The notes below the pieces were generated by a model. The model did no database searches and was not told the DNA's origin. It saw only the letters and a program-made list of their open reading frames with translations. Source: Orbicella franksi (Eukaryota). Taken from it: a stretch of DNA of 64,000 nt. Every line of letters begins with the position of its first letter. Position 1 is the first letter of the stretch. Both the position numbers and the translations under genes were made by a program. The stretch covers positions 26,288,001-26,352,000 of the forward strand of contig OZ116709.1 in NCBI GenBank assembly GCA_964199315.1, in the 5' to 3' direction. Positions 49,801 through 61,749 of the stretch are shown here, one piece after another.

Positions 49801-52800
49801 ATTGAACTATAAACTTTCTGCTTTATTTACATGCAGCCCGAAAAAAGGCCACTCCTTGCTCAAAAGCTTGCCATCCCAGCTGGAATTTTAAGGTAAGTCG
49901 TTTGCGCTTCATAAATTATTACTTTTAGTATTTTCACCCTTGTGCTTATGTTCGGGCGGACAGTGTATATGCAAAAAAGTGTAAATAATTAGTTATACTG
50001 TCTTCAGGCGGTCTCTTGATCAATTTTGTTATCACCGCTAAAGGTTAACATTGTTTACTGGTCAATGGAAAAAAACGAGGGACTGGTAGGTTATGGAATA
50101 TTTGCTTTGGCCACGGATGGCAACCATATGCTAACAGGAGCGGAGACCAAGGTATTTTAGACGCACTGATTCTGACCGTGTTTGAATCCTGCAGTCCCCT
50201 TAGAGTTGAACAGAGGAAGTTACAAGATCGCCTGGCAGCTTTAGAGCGACTCACCCACGAACACTCTGCTCCGCAAGCAACGACGGAACCTGAAGGCAGC
50301 TTGTCTAAAGGTATGCCAGGGGGAAGTGGAGGTGGCGGATTTTTTTTTTTTCACTCTGAGTAAACACTCTGACAGCTAAGGGTGAAAGGACGATGTGCGA
50401 ATAATTTATTACTTATAAAAAGGCTATTTAGCGCAGCTCAGTGGTTCAGTAACCCTTGGTAAACTCGCAGTCCCGTTGGCTAGGCATGCCGTCTATCGCT
50501 TGATGGTCAGCTCAGTATGTTGGGAGCGCGCGCTCGAGTTTCATCCATCATTGCCGAAACGTAATGTAGATAAGTGACTGAGATTTGCTATTCAAACATA
50601 GTCAATAAGTTTTGCGTACCAGGAGCGACTACCATTCATAACTTGTAACCACTGTGTCCTGTAAGCTCCTCTCTGACTTTACGTCCTCTCTTTGTGTTTT
50701 ACTTCAGGGTTTGCTCGTTTACCGCTCAAAGACGCTAACAGATCAGATGTGTCTGATGAAATCTGGTCAAACCTTCCTCAGACTTCAGACGGAGTTCTGG
50801 ATATCTCTCTGCCGTTCAAAAAACAAGTGAGAACCTAGCTTTAATAATATTTGACTGAGCTCACTAAATGAAATATTGTCGGTATAAGTTTATACAAGTT
50901 TTTCCGGTAGACTCAAAATTAAATATTTAAAGGTCGAGTTGTCGAACTTCATATGAGACGAACTGATCTGAGCGAAATAAGTTCATGATAAGTTTGACGT
51001 TTGACTCAACTGAGTTCGTCCGACTGAATTTAGATCGACCAACACGTTCTACCCGTCTGAAGCAGACGGATAGAACGATCGATCTAAATTCGAATGAAGT
51101 TCGACGTTTGACCCAACGGTCGAGCTTTCCCCCTTTGGATCGACTCAAAATGCAATTTAGTACGTCTCACGTGAAGTTTGACGCTTCACCTGGGCCTTAG
51201 AATACCCGAGACTGAAACATTTAACGTAGCTTGCCCAGTTCCTTGGGATTAGCGCTTGTTACAAGCAACGCGAGAGAGCTGGTAAAAGGCACCACGTGAC
51301 CATTTATGGCGCACTTCAAATGCTACTGGAAGGCAACGCCTTATTTGCACTAAAATGCTCCCTTGAGGATTCCACATTCCAATTCAAATTTCAATTATTT
51401 CGATGTTATGCATGTCCCAGTGCATGGACGAAGGAAACGTTGTATCTGTTTTCTTTTTCGCAGAAAACCTCCTTGACAGTGGACGAAAATTTCAAAGTCA
51501 AGATAAACCCTCATTTACAGGAGACACACAGTAAGATATGCACAAATGTTTTCCTTCTTGTTTGAGAAAGTGTGTGCGTAAAATTCGGCACATTACTACG
51601 CATGCACAGCACTTATCCCGTGATCCCTTACAAACCTTGATATCATTTGCCACCTAAAATGAAACGAGAGAGACTGGGTAACACGCCTAGACTTGATATG
51701 AGTGGGGCTGGGTGTTTTAACAAGTGCAACAATGAAACAACACAACCGCGCTGATTTTACTTATCGTTGTTCAATACCTTTTTACTTTGACAGACAACGA
51801 AATTCTGAGGGTGCTAAACAATGGAACAATCAAGGAACTGAAAAAACTTCAAGGCGTCGGCCAAAAACGCGCCAAGCTTATAGCGGACTGGAGAACAGTC
51901 TGCGGGCCATTTCAGCAGGTAAACTAATGACTTATCACAAAAGATGGCTTTAAATAAAATTGTCACTTCTTTGGTAGTTTTTGTTCGATATTTGGGTAAA
52001 AATCTCTCTGGGGTTCGCTCGTAACTTGACAAAAACCAACATCACGAGACAAAACCTTCACCTATCTACTTTGACTAGGTGTCACATAAGGCCTCGCGAG
52101 TCAAAATAGGGGGAATAAAATGGAATACATGGTAAGAAAGCCACATCAAATATTATCTTAAGGAAATTTATCACGAGGAAAAGAGCTGCTCACACTTGCT
52201 CACGATCTAAAATGAAATATTTTTTGGTCAAAAGAAGATGCCCTTGACACAACCAGCTCGTGACAGAATTCATTTATTACTATCTCAGTATATGAGTTTT
52301 ACTTTCCATTGACTTTTCCAGGTACAGGATCTAAAACTGATCGACGGATTTACCGACAAAATGGTAACTACTTTCCTAAAGGTATGAGCAGTGATTTAAT
52401 TTTTTTAATTTGACAATAAAAGTAAGAGTAGTGATAACAACGACTGAAATATTGACGGACGCCTCCAAAACTCATAGACTCCCAGTTTGTAACTTTTATA
52501 TACCAAGCAATTTTAAATAAAAGCCGTGTTAAGGAAAACAACTTTTGGACACATTTTAAAATAAGCTTTGGTCCTCTGGGTTTCAATTTGTACAGTCTCG
52601 ACTTCTTCACGGATACCATCAACTAGAATGTCTTCTTAGTAGTCATGAAAACTCCTAATTCGCCCAAAACTCTTAGCAGGTCATCACAATTTAAAATCTA
52701 CCATAGTTTGTATACTTCTGTCACTCTTCGGCGTTGTATGTGAGGAGGGAATGCTGGCGATTATTTCAGTTGTAAATCTTTGTTGAGAATAGAACGCACT

Positions 52801-53278
52801 ATTCAGTTGAAAGGCTATTCCTGGACGCAGATGGAACACGCTGCGTTCTGAGGGACAGAGGGGACTGGAGGAGTTTTGTCAATGGCCTCTTCTCCGAAAT
52901 GGAGTATACTGGCTTCAGACCAGATTAGAAATTTATCTTTGTTCACACGACTGACGAGCTGGAGTTTACGAGAGTCTGTCATTTGACCGTCAACTGACAT
53001 GTACTCTTGTCGACTTTTGTTTACCCTCCACAAAGTTTAATTTGCTCATGAATCGACAACAATGTTCGTATTTCTCGCGTACTCCTAGCTCATTTGACCG
53101 CGCGTTGTCGATCGCGCGTCGATAAGCAGGCCTTTTTCCGCCCTGTCGAGAAGAGTTGAAGACAACTTCCTTCTTCTCTTGTCGTCGTTTGATCCCAGGT
53201 TAACAATCAGCTAACATTCGTTTTTCTCTTGGTTTCCTCTCACAGAACAACCTTTTAAGCCGAATCACATTCAGCTGA
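42166..53278 (+). CDS. KIF22: Kinesin-like protein KIF22/Kid (kinesin-10), about 578 aa; exons 42166-42350, 42933-43060, 43455-43493, 44041-44156, 44609-44695, 45363-45421, 45866-45929, 46112-46221, 47307-47382, 47664-47708, 47990-48140, 48654-48706, 49000-49047, 49837-49892, 50195-50310, 50708-50826, 51464-51530, 51794-51918, 52322-52381, 53246-53278
   Basis: [27 protein letters not shown] (P-loop), [64 protein letters not shown], and a C-terminal helix-hairpin-helix [23 protein letters not shown]...FLKNNLL. All phases are consistent; the stalk exons are less certain. Confidence 0.92.
46731..47248 (+). mobile_element. tRNA-headed partial tandem repeat (about 260-bp period) with an inverted 5' arm and 12-14-bp TSD, in KIF22 intron 8
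   Basis: AATGATATCTTTTG at 46717-46730 and 47249-47262. 46729-46825 is the reverse complement of 46843-46947. tRNA-like cloverleaf at 47053-47124. Confidence 0.8.
47053..47124 (+). ncRNA. tRNA-Thr(GGT)-like cloverleaf, repeat-derived and probably not a translational tRNA
   Basis: Acceptor stem GGCTTCA/TGAAGCC, D stem GCTC/GAGC, T loop TTCGAAT. The anticodon loop CCGGTAT lacks U33 and the anticodon stem has a mismatch. Confidence 0.55.
50930..51197. mobile_element. Palindromic PIF/Harbinger-like MITE
   Basis: Imperfect TIR ..GTCGAACTTCATATGAGACG / CGTCTCACGTGAAGTTTGAC.., an internal inverted repeat, and TAA/TTA-like flanks. Confidence 0.6.
52813..52905 (+). mobile_element. RTE-clade LINE 3' remnant in the last KIF22 intron
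   Basis: Translates across a stop/frameshift as [11 protein letters not shown]...[14 protein letters not shown], the GxxW...A.DR..WR..V..L C-terminal signature of RTE ORFs. Confidence 0.55.
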
Positions 53279-54901
53279 CGAAAGATACCTTAAACCTTCG
53301 TCGAAACAATCACTGCTCCTGCCTACTAATAACTTAGTCAGACAGCAGAACTTTGCATGAGGAATGTCAACACAAGCTTGCCCAGAACAGTCTTTTGTTG
53401 CTACAGTTTACAGAAAGTTACCTTGTGCCTCTGTTTCAAAACGAGTCTTCGTGCAAAACCTTTGTTATGAAAATTTTGATTTGCATGAAAATGGAGCCTG
53501 TAGGCGGAATCATTTTCATATGAATGGTTTTGCACGTGGACTCGTTTTGACACAGAGGCAAAAGGAAACTCGGGAATATCCTATTATTTTTACAAGGGAA
53601 TTTGAGTAGTTTATAAATCTAGATTTATTAAGTGATGACGTTTTATGAATCAAGAGAAAATTAGAAGGCCGATGAACCCTAGCTGCAAAGGAACAAGTCG
53701 ATGAATCGATCACTAACCGCACGCTTGATAAGGAAGTAACAGCTAACTCCAGAAACGGGCTAAATGAATCCTAAAGGGATATGGTCTACTTGTAAGTCTC
53801 GTGCCCATTTTGTGCTCGCCTTAAGTTCGATTTTGTCCTTGTTAATTAGTAGCTTATTAAAGTCTCTTTTTGTCATTTTAAAAAGGTTTACGCAAATTTC
53901 TGATGAAAGCGGGAAAATATTTTTTGACAGGAAGTCTGTTTTTTTTTTCTATAGGGGTTATTTTTGCCCTTTCTATGGCATTTCTAGGAATTGCTGTGAT
54001 GACTTGAAAATAGGCTAAGAAAATTACAGCTCTAAAGATATTTCTCTGTAAATTTTGTGTACGACGTGACGTTATCATCAGCGTCTAGGAGACCCTGGAT
54101 GAGATAAACACCCTTTTCAAACCAATTTTTGTAGGAGATAGAGCATCCGTCCAACAATATGTCTTTATTATTGAATAAAACAAATTCTTGATGTGAAAAA
54201 AAAGTCGTTGTAGGATGTCTTAAATTGCAGGAAATGCTGAAGGATTTCTTTGTAGAACTGGGGTAAATTGATCCTTGCAAGAAAATTTTTTATCGTAGTT
54301 ATAACTTTAACAATTATTCCAGGAGTGCACATTGGTATGGGATGATGGCTAGTCAACGAGGTACGTAGCACCAAGTTGGCTTTAATCATCTCATATCCAA
54401 CAAGCGTAAGTGAAGTAATCGTTTTATTAAAAATGCCCTCAAAATATGAAAAACTAAAAGAAAAGAGAAGAAAAGATGTGCAAAAAATTACACTTAGGTA
54501 ACCATATTTGTAGAGCACCGTATAATATTGTTCATACCCCAGGAAGGCTAAGCCATTATGGTGTGAAATTAGTGAAAGTAGCCCATTTTACAGTTCTGTA
54601 GTTAGTTATCAGGTCTGCGAGCAAAAGCCTTTGTACATGCCAGAGAATGATCCAATGAATTCAATTGTAACACTCACTTTTACTTTGAAATGTAGGAAAA
54701 TGACTCCAAGAGAGCCAGACACTCAAAAAGACCGCTGATCGATGCACTGTCAACATCTGTCGTCTTGCGGATCATTTCTGACATGTATATACAGGCTAAT
54801 AAGTACATAATTTTGTCGGTTTTTACAAAACTGTGCACGGTTTACAAGTTATTACTTTTACTAGAACATTATAGATGCCACAAAAGACAATAGGATTCTC
54901 T

Positions 54902-57900
54902 CTAGGCAATGCACGAAGATACAGTGTTGTTATTTTCTAGACTGAGATAAGCCAAGGCGACTTGTGAGAACTCTTGCATTTGGCCCATGAGCAAATCCTC
55001 TGCATTAGGATACGTTGGCAGACCTAAAGTCTCCAGGTTAAAACTGAGGACTCTCAAGTAAAACACACACAGCAGCACTCCACGGATAACCGTTTGGCAA
55101 GCTTTTTCTTCGTTCTTACCTCTCCTGGCTTGGAATTCCTTTAGACATTTAAAAACTACTTGGGCCCATTTATCAGATTTTAGAAAAACAGATCGGTTTA
55201 CACTCTGTAGCCGATTGACGAACTCTGACTGTTTCTCTTGAGGCATCGCTTTAGGCTTGTCCCACGCCAGCACACCACAAAGGCCATTCGCTTTGAATTC
55301 TTCAAAAGCTTCTTTGATGCCATCAAACAAACCACCGAGAACATCCATGGCGTTGCTTTTGAATTCACGGTTACTGTATTGGACTAAAAACGAATGCAGA
55401 GCAGCGATGATTTCAGCATTCTCCGATAGCTCAACTTTCATGTTGGTATTCTGAACGGCTTCAATTTTAACGACAGGTGCAATGGTTAGATCGGTTGTTA
55501 TCCAAAAATGTGACGATTCCAACCAATCAATCAAACCATTGAAGAGACTTCTTCCTTCCTGGACAAAGATGTCACCAACTTGCATCCTGGCATCATCCCC
55601 AACGTAGTTGATTTTTCTTGGTAAGGACAGCTGTCCGATTGGATCGCCACTTGTACCAGCAGTAACACTCATCCCCATATCAATCCCAAAATCTCTCCAG
55701 CCTTTCACCCACTTTTCAGCGTCCGTAAGCCGTTCGAGTGTTTTTCGATTGAAAGCGAACTCGCCCCCAATTGGCTGGCGAAGGACATTACGGGTGACAG
55801 CGGAGTAGAGTGGGAACATGAGATGATTGGTAGCTCTGCCTTCATACTTGTGTCGCCAGTAAAGTGGAACAAGATACGAATATCCCTGAGAGAGTCCAAG
55901 GCACATGCGATATACAAAGCCATCTGTACCTGAGAACAAAATCAATAACTTGTCATAATATGGCGGGCCTATTACAAAATGAAAGAAAATTGTGTCTTCT
56001 TAGTGATTCCTTGAGTGATCCGAGTTTTGTTTAACAGAAGGCTGAGAGAGGCCTTTTACGGGTTGATTTCGTCATCATCGTCATCATCGTCATTATCATC
56101 ATAATCACTCTCGCGCTAGAAGGCTCGTAAGGTCAGACCTTTTACGGAGTAAGTTTTCATGGGTATTTTTCGTGATGGGTGCATAACACCAGGCCCCAGT
56201 TGTTAAGAAAACGAATAACTTTAACCAGTGATTAGGTTGCTATCCAGTAGATAAAATGTATACTCCGACCAAAGCTTTTGGTAACTTTTTTTTACACAAT
56301 CACGCGTCTACTGTATACACAAATTATAGGGAAATCCCGGCACACATTTAACCTGCCCCATGGTGACCTATCCAGTGGATATAATTATCTACTCTTTGAA
56401 CAACTGGGGCCAGGCCTTTTGCGGGTTGATTTCAAAGAAGTACTCTTTCTGATGTGTGCTCAAGGCGAGGTCTCATGTTTCAGCTACGAGTTTCACTTCA
56501 CATAAGTATTTTTTCCACATGTGTGTATGAAGATGGTTTGTTGGTTCTACTCACCTTTTAAGTCGGAATCGATGCAGAGTACGTGGGCGTTGTCGTTTTC
56601 TTCGTCTTGCAAGGCGAAGTGACGAATAAAATTAAACGCTGCCTCAAATTGCGATCCTTTTCCTCGGACGTCGGTTTTGCCGGGACACAAAGTGAAAATG
56701 TCACTGTCCTCAGTAACCACAGTTGCAAAGTCAATATGATACCTAAATGAATGACAGAAAGAAAGAAAGGAAGTTAATTAAGACAACTCAGTGCGATTGT
56801 CCAACTCGTGGACTTGTGGATATTGAGAACTTACTTGCACAAGTCAATCGTCATTTGTTTTAGAGACTGTCTAAATAATTGACTTTCCCGTATTAAATCA
56901 TTCGTCTGCGGTTTAAAAATGAAATTTCGATTCCTTTACGTTACTACTTCCCGTCCTTCGTGTTTACTTAGTCCACATCTTGGTCCATCGGTATGGCAGG
57001 AGTCATGGCCTCGATCTAAGACGATTTTTTAGGCTTTCTTTTCGCGACGTCTTAAGTTGCGCCCATATCTACTATGGTGTTTAATTTAACAAATCTTTCA
57101 TTTTTAATTCACAGATATAAAATTTCATATATTTCACTTTCATTAATATCGTAATATTTTATCGAAAATGGTTTATCCAGTCGTACAAAAGAGACCAAAT
57201 CCGTTATGATATTTCGCTATATTGTCTCGCATCCTTGCCCACGACATTTAAGTTCCCATAACTGAGTTGGACCCTCTAGTGCATGTGGAATTCCCTACTC
57301 TTCAAAATAAGATAAATATTTTTTCCTTGCTTACTTTTCCAGCAGGGGCGCAATTTCTTTGTCATGTTGAACGTCTAGAAACCACGGTCCAGTCATACTG
57401 GTGTTTGATTTATTTTTGTGCGTTCCGTCTGCCATTAAAATGAGAATTTTGCCATCTTTGCATACACCGCGCTGGATCAGGCGTGCAAAATCTTTAACGG
57501 CTGCTTTGGCAACACCTTGAACCGTTTCTCGCTCTGTGGCTCGATAAGATGGCGTCAGAAGAATGGAGGTATATGCGTTAAGTCTGAAATAATTATTTGT
57601 CGTAGTTAGTAAGTTAAGCAACCATCCCTCTTTGATGATAAACACCTTTTCGTTTAAACAATGTTATAGAAAGAGCCCAGAGAATTTCCTCGGCTAAATA
57701 AACAATAGTCTTCATTTGGCCTGAACTGCTCGGGTATTTGTCCGCGGATATTATCTGTTCCGAGAAGCGAACAGTTTTCCGAGAGCGTAGCTCGAGGAAA
57801 ATTGTGAGCTTCTAGTTGAGCAACAGATAATATCTAAGGACAAATATCTAAGCATATTTTGGCGGCAAATGGAGTTCATTTTGTTTATTATCCTTCGAAT

Positions 57901-58342
57901 ATTTTTCGCAACCGCAAAGTTTTGAAAATTGGGAAATATCATCGTTTTAGCTGGGGAATATTCGGTCACGCGACGCGTTTAGATCAATCGCACGCGAGCG
58001 AAAATATTTGATGGATTATAACAATGCTTAAAATGAGAAACCCTTTCGATGCTTGTGTATGATATGCAATGAAAAAGGATTAAATCACTTTGCACACCCG
58101 CTCGTCCCAGTTTGACCGCAAGAATGTCATTGAAGACTACAGAGGATGAGATATCTTGTTGAAGATGAATACCCTGTGCCCTCCATATAGGCAGTAATAG
58201 CCTCTCACCTGATGGCCTCGCCCTTGTTTGTCCATGTGCGAAATCGCAGCTGACCACTTTGACTGTAGACATGTCCAGGCCCCACGTCCACTGTGATATC
58301 GTGGGACTGGTACTGTTTATTATCACGAATGTATTTCAGCAT
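54902..58342 (-). CDS. GT-A-fold glycosyltransferase resembling prokaryotic glucosylglycerate synthase (Ggs) / mannosylglycerate synthase, about 532 aa; exons 58342-58209, 57583-57335, 56742-56555, 55929-54902
   Basis: GT-AG introns with phases 2, 2, 1 give a continuous 1599-nt frame. Ordered motifs: LLTPSY, ILMADG, RGKGS, CIDSDL (DxD), GYSYLVPLYWRHKYEGRATNHLMFPL, LRQPIGGEFAF, FGIDMGM, PRKIN. The N-terminus is uncertain because an acceptor lies at 58351, so upstream exons are possible. Confidence 0.8.
56192..56411. mobile_element. MITE in intron 3 of the glycosyltransferase gene
   Basis: TIR GGCCCCAGTTGTT / AACAACTGGGGCC. Confidence 0.7.
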
Positions 58343-58548
58343 CTTGATTTCTTGATAAAATACAGAAGAAAATTACATTTAGAATAGATCATTTTTTCTT
58401 ACGACTGTCCAAAACAAACCAACTGTTTGAGTTTCTGAATTTGGCAGTAAGAAATTAAAGCGAACAATTGCATACATGAGCAAGCGGACACAAACTTCTG
58501 GAGGCCTAGTTGCTATGATATACAGTTCTTACTTAACAGATCGTGATA

Positions 58549-58838
58549 CTACGATTATCAGTTGAGTAAGGCACGAGGGAAGTTTGGTTACGAAGTTTTG
58601 GCCTTGAAATTATGGTGTTGTCACGGGCAACTTACCTCGTTTCCATTGGTAACAATATCAACGGCCGTTGGTCGCCTGTCGCGTCGCCTACAATTTCGCG
58701 CGCGTTGCTGCCAATGACGTAAAAGGCCGACAAGTTACCAATGGATACGGAGCCAGTTGCTCTTGACAATAACAAGACTTTTACGTTAAAACTTGGTAAC
58801 CAAACTCTCGTCCCGCCTTACTCAACTGATAATCGTAG
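58549..58838. mobile_element. Long-TIR MITE with TA flanks
   Basis: CTACGATTATCAGTTGAGTAAGG / CCTTACTCAACTGATAATCGTAG, with imperfect inverted symmetry extending over about 100 bp per arm. Confidence 0.75.
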
Positions 58839-60962
58839 TAAGTCCGTGTGTAACCCTTTGTGCATGTCATATGTACATCCTTATTGACCATTAGAAATAA
58901 CAAATTGACGTGTTTTTTATGCGTCTGTCTTGTTATTGATCATGAATTTCGTCATAAACATTGTCAAAGTAGCTGTGTATCCGTACACTCCTTTGACAAT
59001 GTTATGATGAAATTCATTGTCAATAAGAGGACAGACGCATGAAAAACCTACGTCAATTTGTTTTTTACGATAACAAATTGTCAAATTGTCCGCTCTCGCT
59101 CGTTGACGCATCGCATGAACTATAATGTGTCTGTCCGCTTATTGACAATGAGTCACAAGTCACAACTGATCGAGTTTCGATTTTTGAGCGAGTTTTATGT
59201 TTAACACATAAACCTTAAACTCGTTTGAAATGACCAAACATTCAACACAAATTACCCAGACGACACAAAGACAACCCCACGTTGAGGCAAGTGTGGTTTA
59301 TTTACACAGATAAGGCTATTTTTCTAAGCAGTTTGACAAATGAAGTGAATATCCGAAAGTGAACATGGGTTGACTGTGCTTACACTGTCTCGTTGGTTTC
59401 TCTGTGGTCTTTTAGGTTTCCCGCTGGTTTTTTTTTGTTTTATTTTTTTGTTATGTTTGTCTTTGTTTTTGTTTTCTTTTTTTTTTGGTTGTTTGGTTTT
59501 TTGTTGTCGTTCTTGTTGTTGTTTTAAAGTACAAATCATCAAGCCCTTGTGATTAGAGGGTTTTGTTACAGGGGCAGAGCAAAATTTTAGAGTCACATTG
59601 AAAGAAGGACAGGGAAAATCAGTGGAAGGCTATTTATCCGACCAATACATGTTTGTTTACCTACGGACACGATCTGAGCTCCTGCGTGATCTCGATCGTT
59701 TCAGAGAATTAAGTTTAGACCTTTGAAAGAAGAACAGAGCCGTTCCTGCAGTATGTGTAATTGTTGCGCTTTTAGTTGATTTAATGAATGACCAAGTTAC
59801 TTTTCTACAAAGAAAGGGCATCGCAACAAATTTGCCTCGGCCGTTTTACCGTGTTGAAAGCACTCGTCGATCGATGAAGGACTTTTGGGAACAGCGATTT
59901 TATTCTCTGCCGATTGTTGTGACTTCGATTCTCAACGTTATTTAATCAAGAGAGCTTTACAGAATTCAAGTTCTCCCAGACTAATTCCGTCTTCTTTAGT
60001 TAATTCGGATTCTTGTCGGTACAAGCCATATCTACGTAAGTTTATAGCATTTCTCAGGCAGCTCTCTGATCTATCGCTGGTTAATCTCTAATCTAGACGA
60101 CCAATCTAGACTAAAATAATTCCCGATCGGTTTAAACAGGGTTTTGACTTTTCAGGAGGCGTTACTCAATGGAACAGCTTTTGCCGTTTGTCAATATTGA
60201 TGACTACATACTGCAATGTACACAAATAAATTCATTTGAGTTAGAGAACAGTACTCGTAAACGTTTTGATGGAAATCATTTTCTGCTTTCGTGACGATCA
60301 CGCGCGGAGCACATGAAAAGTGAGAAACGTCAATCATATTTTTCGCGCCAAAAGTTTACGCTCTGATTCACAATTGGATTTGCAAGCCAAATCATTCATA
60401 ATTGAAAAGACCTTGAACTGTGCTGATGACTGGAATTATCATAAAAAAAGGGAATATAAGCGGTGAAGCGAAACATGTGTTAGTGGACTTTTAACAGGCG
60501 TAGTAGAAGTGTGGAATATCGAGGGCGAGTATTAGTGGTGTAGCGGTTATCACCTCTGCATTGAATGCAGGAGACCGCTAGGGACTAGAAATGTCCCATA
60601 TCTAGTACTCAACCAATGTTTTGCTTAGAGACGCCCCCATCCCTCCTGAGCCTCCACATGTTTACCGGACAAATTATTACTAAGATAATAAATTTACTCG
60701 TTTGCATCGACTAATTAGTGTCTCAAACTCCACCGTGTATGGAAAGGTCTGCATTCGACGCAGACCTGTGATAAAAGCAAAAACAAGTTAAACCGGTGAT
60801 ACGGCTTAAGGCTCCCGAGGCCGCATCGCTCAATCGACTTTCGTTCTGGTAGCATAGATAAAGCACTTCATTGAAATCCCAAAGCCACAAAACAATTTTA
60901 ACGTTTCGATTACTTAGCTGAGCCTTTCAAGTTACAGATGATATATGATGAAAATTGCTTAC

Positions 60963-61125
60963 CTTGGAAACAGATCGACGTCTGTGTTCAAAGCACACTT
61001 AAAGCCACTCCTTTACCAAATACAATGTGCACACACCACGCACTGCTTTTAAACTAAGGACACCGCTTTTGAACTAAAGTGACGCCCTCTGGGATTAGAC
61101 GTCGAGGACTACGCATGCGCTACAC
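60963..61125 (-). promoter_or_regulatory. Putative promoter and non-coding first exon of a minus-strand transcript, possibly the glycosyltransferase gene
   Basis: NRF1-like ACGCATGCGC near 61111-61120 and a strong minus-strand donor AAG|GTAAGC at 60963/60962. A further candidate exon lies at 59745-59661. Confidence 0.3.
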
Positions 61126-61749
61126 GTTCCAGATTCCTGGGAAAGTGATTTCATGCGTGAACGAACAGTCGTACTGCGTTTACAGGGTATAAAATTTTGT
61201 GGTGGTAACATGAAAAACGAATACAGAGCCACAAAAGGGAACAGGAGTGAACTAGTACCGAATTGAAGGTCGGCGCGGCATCAGAATCAGTAAACCAACC
61301 GAACGAAATGGCGCTTACTATTTACAATTCGATTTCCTGTAATTGTTTTCGGCTGATGAGACACTGGAAACTGAAAAAATGTAACAAATGGTAAGGAAAT
61401 TTCCGCCGTTCAGTTCCGAACGAAAAAAGGTCTACTTCTGGAGGTAGTCTCTAAATTTCCGAAGGGATTTTACGGAAATTTACTGTACATTTGACTTTCC
61501 GCCGAAATTTCCGGATTTTCTGGCTAAATGATAAGCGCCCTTGATCGTTTGATAAGGAGGTAAAATTTTATAGCAGATGATCTGTATCTGTTCTCAGGAC
61601 ACCAATGAAAAGGCTTCCTTGCCCGTTTTACGCCCATCTCGGGCCAATTTATTAACGTATACATTTTTAACATGCTGTATGTGTGAATAAATCTAGACAC
61701 AATATTTACAACTTTCTACAATAGTCCTCCTAAACTAATTTCTGGTTAT

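Noticed and set aside
52596-52658. Alternative last exon for KIF22 ([20 protein letters not shown])
   Set aside because: 53246-53278 has a stronger polypyrimidine tract and gives FLK-NNLL, matching the KIF22 FLKxNIL-type ending. It remains possible as a minor isoform.
52815-53033. Minus-strand 72-aa ORF ending CSICVQE
   Set aside because: It overlaps the antisense of an RTE LINE remnant inside a KIF22 intron and has no splice or domain support.
54902-58342. Bacterial contamination as the source of the Ggs-like gene
   Set aside because: It has three phase-consistent GT-AG introns, one carrying a host MITE, and is contiguous with KIF22 and CCDC42.
60523-60580. tRNA-like sequence (GGTGTAGCGGTTATCACCTCTGC...GCAGGAGACC)
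   Set aside because: Only the 5' half is present, with no T arm or B box, so it is a tRNA-derived fragment and not a gene.
61353-61371. CTGATGAG...GAAAC resembling a hammerhead core
   Set aside because: Stem II cannot form and no stem I/III pairing or UH cleavage site is found. The similar CTGATGAG hits near 38414 and 46358 fail for the same reasons.
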